Positions 1 through 7,730 of a stretch of DNA of 64,000 nucleotides are shown in pieces. Source of the DNA: Paludibacteraceae bacterium (GTDB lineage Bacteria; Bacteroidota; Bacteroidia; Bacteroidales; Paludibacteraceae); contig JAEDGZ010000007.1 of the NCBI GenBank assembly GCA_016297215.1, positions 1,312 to 65,311 of the forward strand, read 5' to 3'. The notes beneath the pieces are model-generated. The model was not told the origin of the DNA and ran no database searches. It was given only the letters and a program-made list of their open reading frames with translations. Position numbers and translations under genes: made by a program. Within the stretch, counting starts at the first letter, position 1; the number at the start of each line of letters is the position of its first letter.

Positions 1-318
1 ATAGAACGGCGGGCATTCAGCAGCACGGGGTTGACCTCGATTATGCTTCCTCCGCAACTGAGCCTTATTGGCATTGAGGCGTTCTTGGACTGCACCCAAC
101 TATGTACTATATATAATAGCAGTCCGCTGAAACTCACAATCGGCAGCAAAAATAACGGATATGTAGCCTATTATGCCCAAAGCGTGATTGACGTAACTAC
201 CGGCGCAGGGGAGGTTATGCTGCCTCGTGAGGGGTGGCAGAAACGGTTGATAGACGGGGAGATGCGGATAGTAAGCCCCGCGGGGGTGTTTCGCATAGAC
301 GGGCAAAAAATAGAATAA
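1..318 (+). CDS. 3' end of a leucine-rich-repeat (BspA/LRR_5-like) surface protein, truncated by the window edge
   Basis: Frame 1 is open from nt 1 to the TAA at 316-318. The peptide ..LPPQLSLIGIEAFLDCTQL.. resembles the LRR unit of the 815-aa protein at 7731-10178. The tail GEMRIVSPAGVFRIDGQKIE looks like a T9SS-type C-terminal strand. Confidence 0.45.
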   Translation: MERRAFSSTGLTSIMLPPQLSLIGIEAFLDCTQLCTIYNSSPLKLTIGSKNNGYVAYYAQSVIDVTTGAGEVMLPREGWQKRLIDGEMRIVSPAGVFRIDGQKIE

Positions 319-340
319 CGAATTAGGAAAGAGATAGATT

Positions 341-3300
341 ATGAACTTTACGCATTTGCATGTACACTCGCACTATTCGATGCTGGACGGTATGTCGAAA
401 GTGCCGGAAATAGTAGAGAAATGCCTCCGCTGCGGGATGAACGCCGTGGCGCTGACCGACCACGGGAACATGTACGGCATCAAGGAGTTGCTGGACTATT
501 GCAAGAAAGTGAACGGCAGGCTGAAAGAGGCGGCGGGCGATGGCGCGTTCGTGCCCTTCAAGCCGATAGCGGGCTGCGAGTGTTACTGCGCGCGGCGCGG
601 GCGACACTCCATGACCGATGAGAAAGCCATGAACGGCGAGGGACGCGAGTATATCATCGACCGCTCCGGCTGGCACCTCATCCTGCTGGCGAAGAACAAA
701 GTGGGCTACCACAACCTCTGCCACATCGTGAGCGAGAGTTTCATGGACGATGCCTACAACTACACCGCGCGTATTGACCGCGAGTTGCTGGAGAAATACC
801 ACGAGGGGTTGATATGCTCGTCGGCATGCCTCGGCGGGGAGTTGCCGCAGAAAATCATGGCAGGCGACATGGCAGGCGCGGAGGAGACCATCGAGTGGTT
901 CAAGGGCGTGTTCGGCGAGGACTATTACATTGAGATTCAGCGTCATCAGACCGACAAGCCGCGAGCCGACCAAGTGGTGTATCAGCGGCAGAAAGAGGTG
1001 AACCCCATCCTGATAGACTTGGCGAAGAAGCACGGTGTGAAGGTGATTGCGACCAACGACGCGCACTTCGTGAACGAAGAGAACGGCGAGGCGCACGACC
1101 GTCTGATTTGTCTGAGCACGAACCACTACGTGGACGAAGAAGACCGCATGCACTACACCAAGCAGGAGTGGGTGAAGACGCCCGAGGAGATGGAAGCCAT
1201 CTTCGGCGACATCCCCGAGGCGCTGACGAACACGCAGGAGATAGTGGACAAGGTGGAGATTTACGACATCGACTCAGGTCCTATCATGCCTAACTTCCCC
1301 ATCCCCGAGGAGTTCGGCACCGAGGAGAGTTATCGCGAGAAGTTCACCCCCGAGGACCTGTTCAACGAGTTCACGCGCAACGAGCACGGCGAGGTGGTGT
1401 TGAGCCAAGAGGAGGCGGAGAAGAAGGTGAAGAAATTAGGCGGCTACGACAAACTCTACCGAATCAAGTTGGAGGCGGATTACCTTGCCTACCTTGCCTA
1501 CAAAGGGGCGCACGAGCGCTACGGCGAGGAGTTGACCGAGGAGCAGAAAGAGCGCATTCTCTTTGAGTTGCATATCATGAAGACGATGGGTTTCCCCGGG
1601 TACTTCCTGATAGTGATGGACTTCATCCGCGCGGCGCGCGAGGAGTTGGGCGTGAGCGTGGGTCCCGGGCGCGGTAGCGCGGCGGGCAGCGTGGTTGCCT
1701 ACTGTCTGCACATCACCGACCTTGACCCGCTGAAGTACGACCTGCTGTTCGAGCGTTTCCTCAACCCCGACCGTATCTCGCTGCCGGATATAGACACCGA
1801 CTTCGACGATGTGGGGCGTCCGAAGGTCATCGACTGGGTGACGGAGCGCTACGGCAAGACGCATGTGGCGCATATCGTAACCTACGGCAAGATGGCGACC
1901 AAGAGCGCGATAGCCGACGTGGGGCGCGTGCAGCGACTGCCGTTGGCGAAGGTGGCAGAACTGAAATCGTATATCCCCGACCGCAATTTTCCCGACAACA
2001 TCAAGGACGAGAAAGGCAAGAGCCCAAAAGTGAACTTGAAGAACTGCTACAAGTACGTGGACGAGTTGAAGCACGAGTTCGAGATGGGCGAGCCGAATGT
2101 GCGGGAGGTGCTGGAGTACGCCAAGCAGTTGGAGGACACCAATCGGCAGGTAGGTATCCACGCCTGCGGCATCATCATCGGCGCGGACGACCTGACGAAG
2201 TTCGCACCCCTCTCGAGCGTGTATGACCCGAAGTTGAAGAAGCGCGTGCTCGTAACCCAATACGACGGGCACGTGGTGGAGAGCGTGGGGCTTATCAAGA
2301 TGGACTTCCTCGGGCTTATCACGCTGAATATCATCAAGGAATGTATCAAGAATGTCAAGAAGCGCACGGGCGAGGTGGTGGACATTGACCATATCCCCAT
2401 CGACGACGCGCTGACCTACAAACTCTTCCAAGAAGGGCAGACGACGGGCGTCTTCCAGTTTGAGTCGGCAGGCATGCGCAAGTACATGAAGGAGTTGCAG
2501 CCGACGGTCATAGGCGACATCATCGCGATGAACGCGCTCTACCGCCCGGGACCGATGGACTACATCCCGCAGTTCATCCGCCGCAAGCAGGGCTTGGAGC
2601 CCGTTACCTACGACATCCCCGTGATGGAGAAATACCTGAAAGACACCTACGGCGTTACGGTCTATCAGGAACAGGTCATGCTCCTCTCGCGTCTGCTGGC
2701 GAACTTCACCCGCGGCGAGAGCGACAAACTGCGTAAGGCGATGGGTAAGAAGCAGATGGCGATACTGCAAGAGTTGAAGGGCAAGTTCATGGCAGGCGGC
2801 AAAGCCAACGGACACGATGAGAAGGTGTTGGAGAAGATTTGGAGCGACTGGGAGAAGTTCGCCTCGTATGCGTTCAACAAGTCGCACGCTGCCTGCTACT
2901 CGTGGGTAGCCTACCAGACGGCATACCTCAAAGCGCACTACCCCGCGGAGTTCCTCGCCGCCAACCTCACCGTATCGAAAGACAACATCAAGGAGGTAAC
3001 GAAGTTCATGGACGAGTGCAAGGAGATGCGCATACAGGTGCTGGAGCCCGATGTGAACGAGTCGGAGATGAACTTCACCGTCAACGACCAAGGCAACATC
3101 CGCTTCGGCTTGGGCGGCATCAAGGGCGTGGGCGAAGGTGCCGTGGAAGCCATCATCTCGGAGCGCGAGAAGAACGGTAAGTTCAAAGACATCTTCGACT
3201 TCCTCGAGCGTGTGAACCTGCAAGCCTGCAACCGCAAGACGGTGGAGAACCTCGCGCTGGCGGGGGCGTTCGACTGCTTCGACGGGCTCTACCGCGAGCA

Positions 3301-4291
3301 GTTGCTCGGGCTGAACAGCAAGGGCGAGAGCGTGCTGGAGACCCTGATGCGCTACGGCACCCTCTTCCAGCAAGATAAGCAGTTGCAGCAGAACTCGCTC
3401 TTCGGCGACATGGGCGACATGGGCGTGGCGGTGCAGCACCCCGAGATACCGCAGTCTCCGCGCTGGTCGGCTATCGAGCGGCTGAACATCGAGAAATCGC
3501 TCATTGGCATCTTCCTCTCCGCCCACCCGCTGGATGAGTACGAATACGAGGTGCGCGAGATGTGCGACATCACCGCCGCCGAACTGACCCTCTTCGACGG
3601 CTGGCGCACGCCCGAAGCCCGCGCCGCTGCCGCCAAGAATAGCGAAACCTCTGATAACTCCGAAGATTCCGAGAACTCCGATAACTCCGATTTCTCCGAT
3701 GACTCCGAAGAGAAACCCCGTATCACCCCCGAGGCCTTCCTCGCGAAGTACAAGAACAAAACGCTGCACTTCGGCGGTATCGTAACGAGCGCAGAGGTGG
3801 CGACTTCGAAGAAAGGGAATATCTACGGGCGCTATGTGGTGGAAGACTACACGGGTAGTTACCGGATGACCCTCTTCGGGGAGAACTACAAACGACTCTC
3901 GCCGATGTTGCAACCCAATGTGTATGTGTATATCACGGGCACCATCGCCCAGCGCGGTGCGGGCATGCGCTGGTTCAAAGAGCAGGCGGACGAACAGGCG
4001 GAGTTTGAACTGAATATCACCAACGTAGAGTTGCTCAATGAGGTGCAAGACCTCTATGGCAAGGGGCTGACGCTCCGTATCTCGCTGCCGAACTTGGACA
4101 ACGAGCTGATAGAGGAACTGAACGACCAATGCAAAGCCCACCCGGGCAAAGGGCAACTCCACATCCAGATAGCCGACCCCATACACAACTACCTCATCCA
4201 CATGACCTCCAAAAGCCGCTACATCCGCATCACCACCGACTTCTACCGCTGGCTCCAGATGCAAGAAAAGATACAAATAGTGAACGAATAA
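341..4291 (+). CDS. dnaE: DNA polymerase III alpha subunit
   Basis: 1316-aa ORF with an N-terminal PHP domain (MNFTHLHVHSHYSMLDG). Pol III alpha core motifs are present (GPGRGSAAGSVVAYCLHITDLDP, LPDIDTDF, NKSHAACYS), followed by a C-terminal OB fold. Confidence 0.97.
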   Translation: MNFTHLHVHSHYSMLDGMSKVPEIVEKCLRCGMNAVALTDHGNMYGIKELLDYCKKVNGRLKEAAGDGAFVPFKPIAGCECYCARRGRHSMTDEKAMNGEGREYIIDRSGWHLILLAKNKVGYHNLCHIVSESFMDDAYNYTARIDRELLEKYHEGLICSSACLGGELPQKIMAGDMAGAEETIEWFKGVFGEDYYIEIQRHQTDKPRADQVVYQRQKEVNPILIDLAKKHGVKVIATNDAHFVNEENGEAHDRLICLSTNHYVDEEDRMHYTKQEWVKTPEEMEAIFGDIPEALTNTQEIVDKVEIYDIDSGPIMPNFPIPEEFGTEESYREKFTPEDLFNEFTRNEHGEVVLSQEEAEKKVKKLGGYDKLYRIKLEADYLAYLAYKGAHERYGEELTEEQKERILFELHIMKTMGFPGYFLIVMDFIRAAREELGVSVGPGRGSAAGSVVAYCLHITDLDPLKYDLLFERFLNPDRISLPDIDTDFDDVGRPKVIDWVTERYGKTHVAHIVTYGKMATKSAIADVGRVQRLPLAKVAELKSYIPDRNFPDNIKDEKGKSPKVNLKNCYKYVDELKHEFEMGEPNVREVLEYAKQLEDTNRQVGIHACGIIIGADDLTKFAPLSSVYDPKLKKRVLVTQYDGHVVESVGLIKMDFLGLITLNIIKECIKNVKKRTGEVVDIDHIPIDDALTYKLFQEGQTTGVFQFESAGMRKYMKELQPTVIGDIIAMNALYRPGPMDYIPQFIRRKQGLEPVTYDIPVMEKYLKDTYGVTVYQEQVMLLSRLLANFTRGESDKLRKAMGKKQMAILQELKGKFMAGGKANGHDEKVLEKIWSDWEKFASYAFNKSHAACYSWVAYQTAYLKAHYPAEFLAANLTVSKDNIKEVTKFMDECKEMRIQVLEPDVNESEMNFTVNDQGNIRFGLGGIKGVGEGAVEAIISEREKNGKFKDIFDFLERVNLQACNRKTVENLALAGAFDCFDGLYREQLLGLNSKGESVLETLMRYGTLFQQDKQLQQNSLFGDMGDMGVAVQHPEIPQSPRWSAIERLNIEKSLIGIFLSAHPLDEYEYEVREMCDITAAELTLFDGWRTPEARAAAAKNSETSDNSEDSENSDNSDFSDDSEEKPRITPEAFLAKYKNKTLHFGGIVTSAEVATSKKGNIYGRYVVEDYTGSYRMTLFGENYKRLSPMLQPNVYVYITGTIAQRGAGMRWFKEQADEQAEFELNITNVELLNEVQDLYGKGLTLRISLPNLDNELIEELNDQCKAHPGKGQLHIQIADPIHNYLIHMTSKSRYIRITTDFYRWLQMQEKIQIVNE
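3653..3712 (+). repeat. 9-nt tandem array (GAnnAnTCC x6) in frame inside dnaE
   Basis: The DNA reads gataactcc gaagattcc gagaactcc gataactcc gatttctcc gatgactcc and encodes DNSEDSENSDNSDFSDDS. The unit is one mismatch from the reverse complement of the intergenic array cggagtaat at 49402-49426. Confidence 0.9.
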
Positions 4292-4304
4292 GAAACGATG
4301 ATGA

Positions 4305-4779
4305 CTTGAAACATATAATTGTGCGGCTTACTCTAACATATAATTATCGTGTAATTATTCATGTAATTAACATGAGTTCGATATAAGATTTTTAGTCTTG
4401 ATTTTCTTTTGATTTCTGAGCGTAGCGAAACAAATAGACAATCGCTCATCCTATTTTAGAAAGGATTTTTAGTAAGATTATGGACTATATTTTCTGATGT
4501 GTTTCCTTAAAATCACTGCAAAAAATAACGCAAAAATCTTTACTGATAATAGTAGTGAGTGATAATTTTATGCCCTTTCGCTTCGCTCAGAAATCCATAT
4601 AAAATCAAATAGAAAATCTTTTGGTAAAATATATCTTATACGTCGTATCTTATTTCGAACTCACGTTAACTATAAATCACAATGAAAAAATTAATGAATA
4701 ATTACACGGCAATTACATGTTAAAAAAGCAAATGATAGTTATATGTTAAGAAGTATAACACGATAGTTATATGTTCAAG
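4305..4779. repeat. Long AT-rich imperfect palindrome (foldback element) between dnaE and folC
   Basis: The left arm 4305-4387 (cttgaaacatataattgtgcgg..aacatataattatcgtgtaattattcatgtaattaacatgagttcgatataag) pairs with the right arm 4649-4779. Nested inner arms also pair: 4383-4428 (aagatttttagtcttgattttcttttgatttctgagcgtagcgaaa) with ~4576-4620, and atcgctcatcctatt with aatagtagtgagtgat. Confidence 0.85.
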
Positions 4780-4805
4780 TTCCATCGTTCTGCGAAGCGA
4801 GAACT

Positions 4806-6500
4806 ATGTCTTACGAACAAACCCTCCAATACCTCTACGCCTCACAGCCGGCGTTTCATATAGTGGGCAGTAGCGCCTACAAGCCCGGGCTGGAGAACAC
4901 GCGCCGTCTGATGGCGCACCTCGGCAACCCGCATGAGCGGTTTGCCTCTGTTCATATCGCCGGCACCAACGGCAAAGGCAGCACGTCCCACCTCATCGCC
5001 GCGAGCCTGCAATGTGCGGGATACCGCGTCGGGCTCTACACCAGTCCGCACCTTGTGGACTACCGCGAGCGTATCCGTATCAACGGCGCGATGATTCCCA
5101 AGGAGGAGGTGGTGCGCTTTGTGGAGGATAACCGCGCGTTCCTCGAGGAGGTCAAACCCTCTTTCTTCGAGACCACGATGGCGCTCGCGTTCTGGTATTT
5201 CGCCCAAGAGCAAGTGGACATCGCCGTGGTGGAATGCGGTTTGGGCGGCAGGCTCGACTCCACGAACATCATCACGCCCATCCTGTCGGTCATCACGAAC
5301 ATCGGCTTCGACCACACGGAGTTCTTGGGCGACACGCTGGCGAAGATAGCCTACGAGAAGTCGGGTATCATCAAGCCCGGCGTGCCTTGCGTCATCGGCG
5401 AGACCGACCCCGAGACCATGCCCGTCTTCCTCGCCAAAGCCAAGGAATGCGGTATCTTGGGCGAGGGTTTGGAGACCACCGACTGCCGTATCTGGTTTGC
5501 CGACCAATGCGGCTACCTGCGCCGCAAGCGCCAACGCGACATCCCCGACTGCCAACTCCACGGCATCTACCAAGAGAAGAACATCCAAACCGCCTACGTA
5601 GCCCTTAGCGCATTGCAACAGACCCTCTCTAACTCCCCCTTAAGAGCACCCCAAAAATCAAAGATTTTTCGGGGACCCCGCAAGGGGGAGAACCTAACTG
5701 GGGACGCCCCGACCGTGTCGCGGGCGGTAATAAACACGGAGCGAAGCGGAGTTCTTAACACGAAGTTCCCAACACGAAGTTCCCAACACAAAGTTCTTAA
5801 CACGAAGTCCATTGCCCTCGCTTTCTCCCAAGTCTGCACGCTGACGGGTCTTCGCGGGCGTTGGGAGACGGTGCGCGAGCACCCGCTCACCATCTGCGAC
5901 ACGGGGCACAACGCGCATGGTATCAAGTACGTGGCGGAGCAGTTGGAGCAGATGATGCCGCACTACCGCAATACGCGTATCATCTTCGGCATGGTGGCGG
6001 ATAAGGACATCAGCGAGGTGGTGAAACTCCTCCCCGCCAATGCCATCTACTACTTCACCCAACCCAACAACCACCGCGCCTTCCCCGCCGAGAAACTGAA
6101 GAGGATGTTTGAGGATGAAGGATTAAGGACACAGGATAAAAGACAAAATAGTATATCGGATGAAAGATTAAGGATAAAGGATGAAAGACTAAATAGTTCT
6201 GCAAACGAACTCCCCCGCCCCGCTTGCGGGGAGGGGGCAGGGGGCGGGGCAACCTCCGAGACGCAGGTAACTAATTTATCCCCCTCCCTTTTCGGGGTCC
6301 CCACAAGCAACGCGCAGTGGGGTGGCTTCAGGGAGGGACGGGGTGGGTCTTCTTTCCCCACCATAGACGAAGCCCTCGCCGCCGCCTTCGCGGAAGCCTC
6401 GCCCGACGACCTTATCTTCATCGGCGGCAGCAACTACGTAGTAGGTGCCGCCCTCCAATCTCCCTACCTCACTGCCCCGCTGACCTCACCGAAAGAGTAG
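4806..6500 (+). CDS. folC: Folylpolyglutamate synthase / dihydrofolate synthase, carrying two large repeat-derived inserts
   Basis: 564-aa ORF with the Mur-ligase P-loop HIAGTNGKGSTSH, VVECGLGGRLDSTN and NIGFDHTEFLG, plus C-domain GLRGRWE..DTGHNAHG and a terminal LIFIGGSNYVVG. It is roughly 120-140 aa longer than my expectation for FolC because of the inserts at about 5625-5825 and 6111-6360. Confidence 0.9.
   Translation: MSYEQTLQYLYASQPAFHIVGSSAYKPGLENTRRLMAHLGNPHERFASVHIAGTNGKGSTSHLIAASLQCAGYRVGLYTSPHLVDYRERIRINGAMIPKEEVVRFVEDNRAFLEEVKPSFFETTMALAFWYFAQEQVDIAVVECGLGGRLDSTNIITPILSVITNIGFDHTEFLGDTLAKIAYEKSGIIKPGVPCVIGETDPETMPVFLAKAKECGILGEGLETTDCRIWFADQCGYLRRKRQRDIPDCQLHGIYQEKNIQTAYVALSALQQTLSNSPLRAPQKSKIFRGPRKGENLTGDAPTVSRAVINTERSGVLNTKFPTRSSQHKVLNTKSIALAFSQVCTLTGLRGRWETVREHPLTICDTGHNAHGIKYVAEQLEQMMPHYRNTRIIFGMVADKDISEVVKLLPANAIYYFTQPNNHRAFPAEKLKRMFEDEGLRTQDKRQNSISDERLRIKDERLNSSANELPRPACGEGAGGGATSETQVTNLSPSLFGVPTSNAQWGGFREGRGGSSFPTIDEALAAAFAEASPDDLIFIGGSNYVVGAALQSPYLTAPLTSPKE
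5631..5690 (+). repeat. ~60-nt GC-hairpin element, copy 1 (inside folC)
   Basis: The sequence aactcccccttaagagcaccccaaaaatcaaagatttttcggggaccccgcaagggggag is near-identical to 47941-48003. The outer stem is ctccccct/agggggag and the centre is the palindrome cggggaccccg. Confidence 0.9.
5750..5810 (+). repeat. Alternating heptamer array (agttcyy aacacra) x4, inside folC
   Basis: The array reads agttctt aacacga agttccc aacacga agttccc aacacaa agttctt aacacga agtcc. The 14-nt period is not a multiple of 3, yet the folC frame stays open. Confidence 0.9.
6111..6193 (+). repeat. GGATRAA heptamer-type array inside folC
   Basis: The array reads gaggatgaaggattaaggacacaggataaaagac...ggatgaaagattaaggataaaggatgaaagac. 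The same word family occurs in intergenic leaders at 36892-36925 and 58890-58934. Confidence 0.85.
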
Positions 6501-6777
6501 TCCAAAAAACAACTTAAAAACAGTATGATTATTAAGATTATCTCTCAACACTAAACACTCTACTCTCAACGAGAAATCACCAACGAACTACCTAAGAACT
6601 ACCAAGGAACTACCCACCAACTCCCCACCACCAAAAATATACGATTATTAAGATTTACTAGGGCACGCGGGCATCTCCTCCGCGGTAAAGTGTCTGGGTA
6701 CGCAGGTTCTGTCCGGGTACGCCCCAGTTTATCCCGACAAGTCGGGAACCCGTCGGGGCTAAATAATCCTAAAAACC

Positions 6778-6855
6778 ACTATAACAGCTATACCAACTAT
6801 AACCTCTATAACAACTATAATAACTATAGAGCCTATAGCAACTATACCAACTACC
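6778..6855. repeat. 9-nt tandem array (actataaca-like x9) in the folC-downstream non-coding region
   Basis: The units are actataaca gctatacca actataacc tctataaca actataata actatagag cctatagca actatacca. They lie within a 6.5-7.05 kb stretch made almost entirely of low-complexity arrays; further examples are at 6543-6633 and the 11-mers at 6917-6949. Confidence 0.85.
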
Positions 6856-7088
6856 ATTCCAACAAACACCTTCCCCCACCATAGTAGGAAGGCGAAACTA
6901 AACCAGACAAAGAAAAGAGCAGACAAGGAGCAGACAAAGAGCAGAGAAGAAGCCGAGACCCACCCCCTCTCCGTCAGTAATTCCCCACCACGCCTCATCA
7001 AACAGAAACAAAGCACCCCCAAAACCTGTTTTTCAACCCAAAATGTCATTTTCTCGTCCTATAATTTGCACATATCGGGAAAAAGCAG

Positions 7089-7096
7089 TAATTTTG
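7089..7096 (+). promoter_or_regulatory. Bacteroidetes -7 box TAATTTTG
   Basis: This is an exact match to the TAnnTTTG consensus of sigma-AB promoters. The nearest downstream + strand CDS is 320 nt away. Confidence 0.35.
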
Positions 7097-7102
7097 CCCC
7101 GC

Positions 7103-7312
7103 AGTTGATTAGTTGGGAGTACATATTTTAATAAAAGCGTTATAAGCCGAACTTGATTTTCTGAAAACTGGACACTTTTAGAAAATTGCTCAAGCACAAG
7201 CCTATGCGCTCACGCCGCAAGGCGTGGGCTTTTGTGCATACATTTGAGCAATTTAGGTAGTCCAGAACCTCAGAAAATCAGATGAAGCGAAACGAAAGTT
7301 CACGCTTTTTTT
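7103..7312 (+). ncRNA. Candidate structured small RNA or long leader (hypothetical)
   Basis: The -7 box at 7089-7096 is followed by a ~125-nt imperfect hairpin: arms 7154-7205 and 7230-7280, apical hairpin cacgcc-gcaa-ggcgtg at 7211-7226. A terminator-like gcgaaac-gaaa-gttcacgc plus T7 follows at 7287-7312. No family was recognised. Confidence 0.2.
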
Positions 7313-7417
7313 GTATGTATATATCATAAACATTGTGGACAAATGTTTTAGACTAATTACTAATTGCGAGTGCCCATAGCAGCCAAAAGTTGTGCCCGAC
7401 ACGAAATAGGGTAAACA

Positions 7418-7717
7418 ATGATGTATAAACTTAGATACAATGAAGATGGCTTTGAGAATTTTGTTTCTCAATTAATCAACTCATCTTATCTTGAGCAGAT
7501 AGAGAGTGGCATCGCAAAATGTATGTTGGATAATGGTTACAATAAACTCAGTCCAAAACAAAAAAATGTTTTTAATAGGATGATAAACAAGTATTCAACT
7601 GAGTATTGCAAACAATGTGCTGCTCCTATTCCTTGGACAGAGATGTATGAAGCATACGAAAATGGCGGTTATTGCAGTGTTTGCGAGCACACTATACAAA
7701 AAATTATGAATCAATAA
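7418..7717 (+). CDS. Hypothetical small protein with a C-terminal CxxC..CxxC zinc-ribbon
   Basis: 99-aa ORF in an AT-rich islet with CKQC(x26)CSVC near the C-terminus. It ends 13 nt before the LRR gene. I recognised no homology. Confidence 0.45.
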   Translation: MMYKLRYNEDGFENFVSQLINSSYLEQIESGIAKCMLDNGYNKLSPKQKNVFNRMINKYSTEYCKQCAAPIPWTEMYEAYENGGYCSVCEHTIQKIMNQ

Positions 7718-7730
7718 ATATTTTAATATT

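Noticed and set aside
1436-4276. 946-aa ORF antisense to dnaE, and similar long antisense ORFs. These are 323-1153, 13481-14437, 15086-16357, 19632-20642, 20861-22366, 25679-26581, 37534-38442, 40670-41929, 42315-43403, 43446-44762, 48208-49359, 50377-51438 and 53273-53989.
   Set aside because: These are shadow ORFs typical of G+C-rich coding DNA. Their products are low-complexity (R/H/V/L/G-rich) with no recognisable motifs. Each lies fully opposite a gene with strong family signatures.
4305-4779. Invertible promoter (Bacteroidales-type DNA inversion switch) within the large palindrome.
   Set aside because: No TAnnTTTG box occurs in either orientation in the ~260-bp centre, and no site-specific recombinase gene is nearby. 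The arms are long and degenerate rather than short, exact IRs.
4806-6500. folC as a pseudogene disrupted by repeat insertions.
   Set aside because: A single frame stays open across both inserts, and all catalytic and structural motifs lie on either side in the same frame. I therefore call it an intact CDS with in-frame inserts, pending comparative or proteomic confirmation.
6690-7049. ORFs 6690-6884 (+, N/Y-rich) and 6759-7049 (-, V/I-rich with three hydrophobic segments) in the folC-downstream gap.
   Set aside because: Both are read straight out of 9- and 11-nt tandem arrays. No TAnnTTTG box lies upstream of either. The composition reflects the repeat unit. A small membrane protein from the minus-strand ORF cannot be fully excluded.
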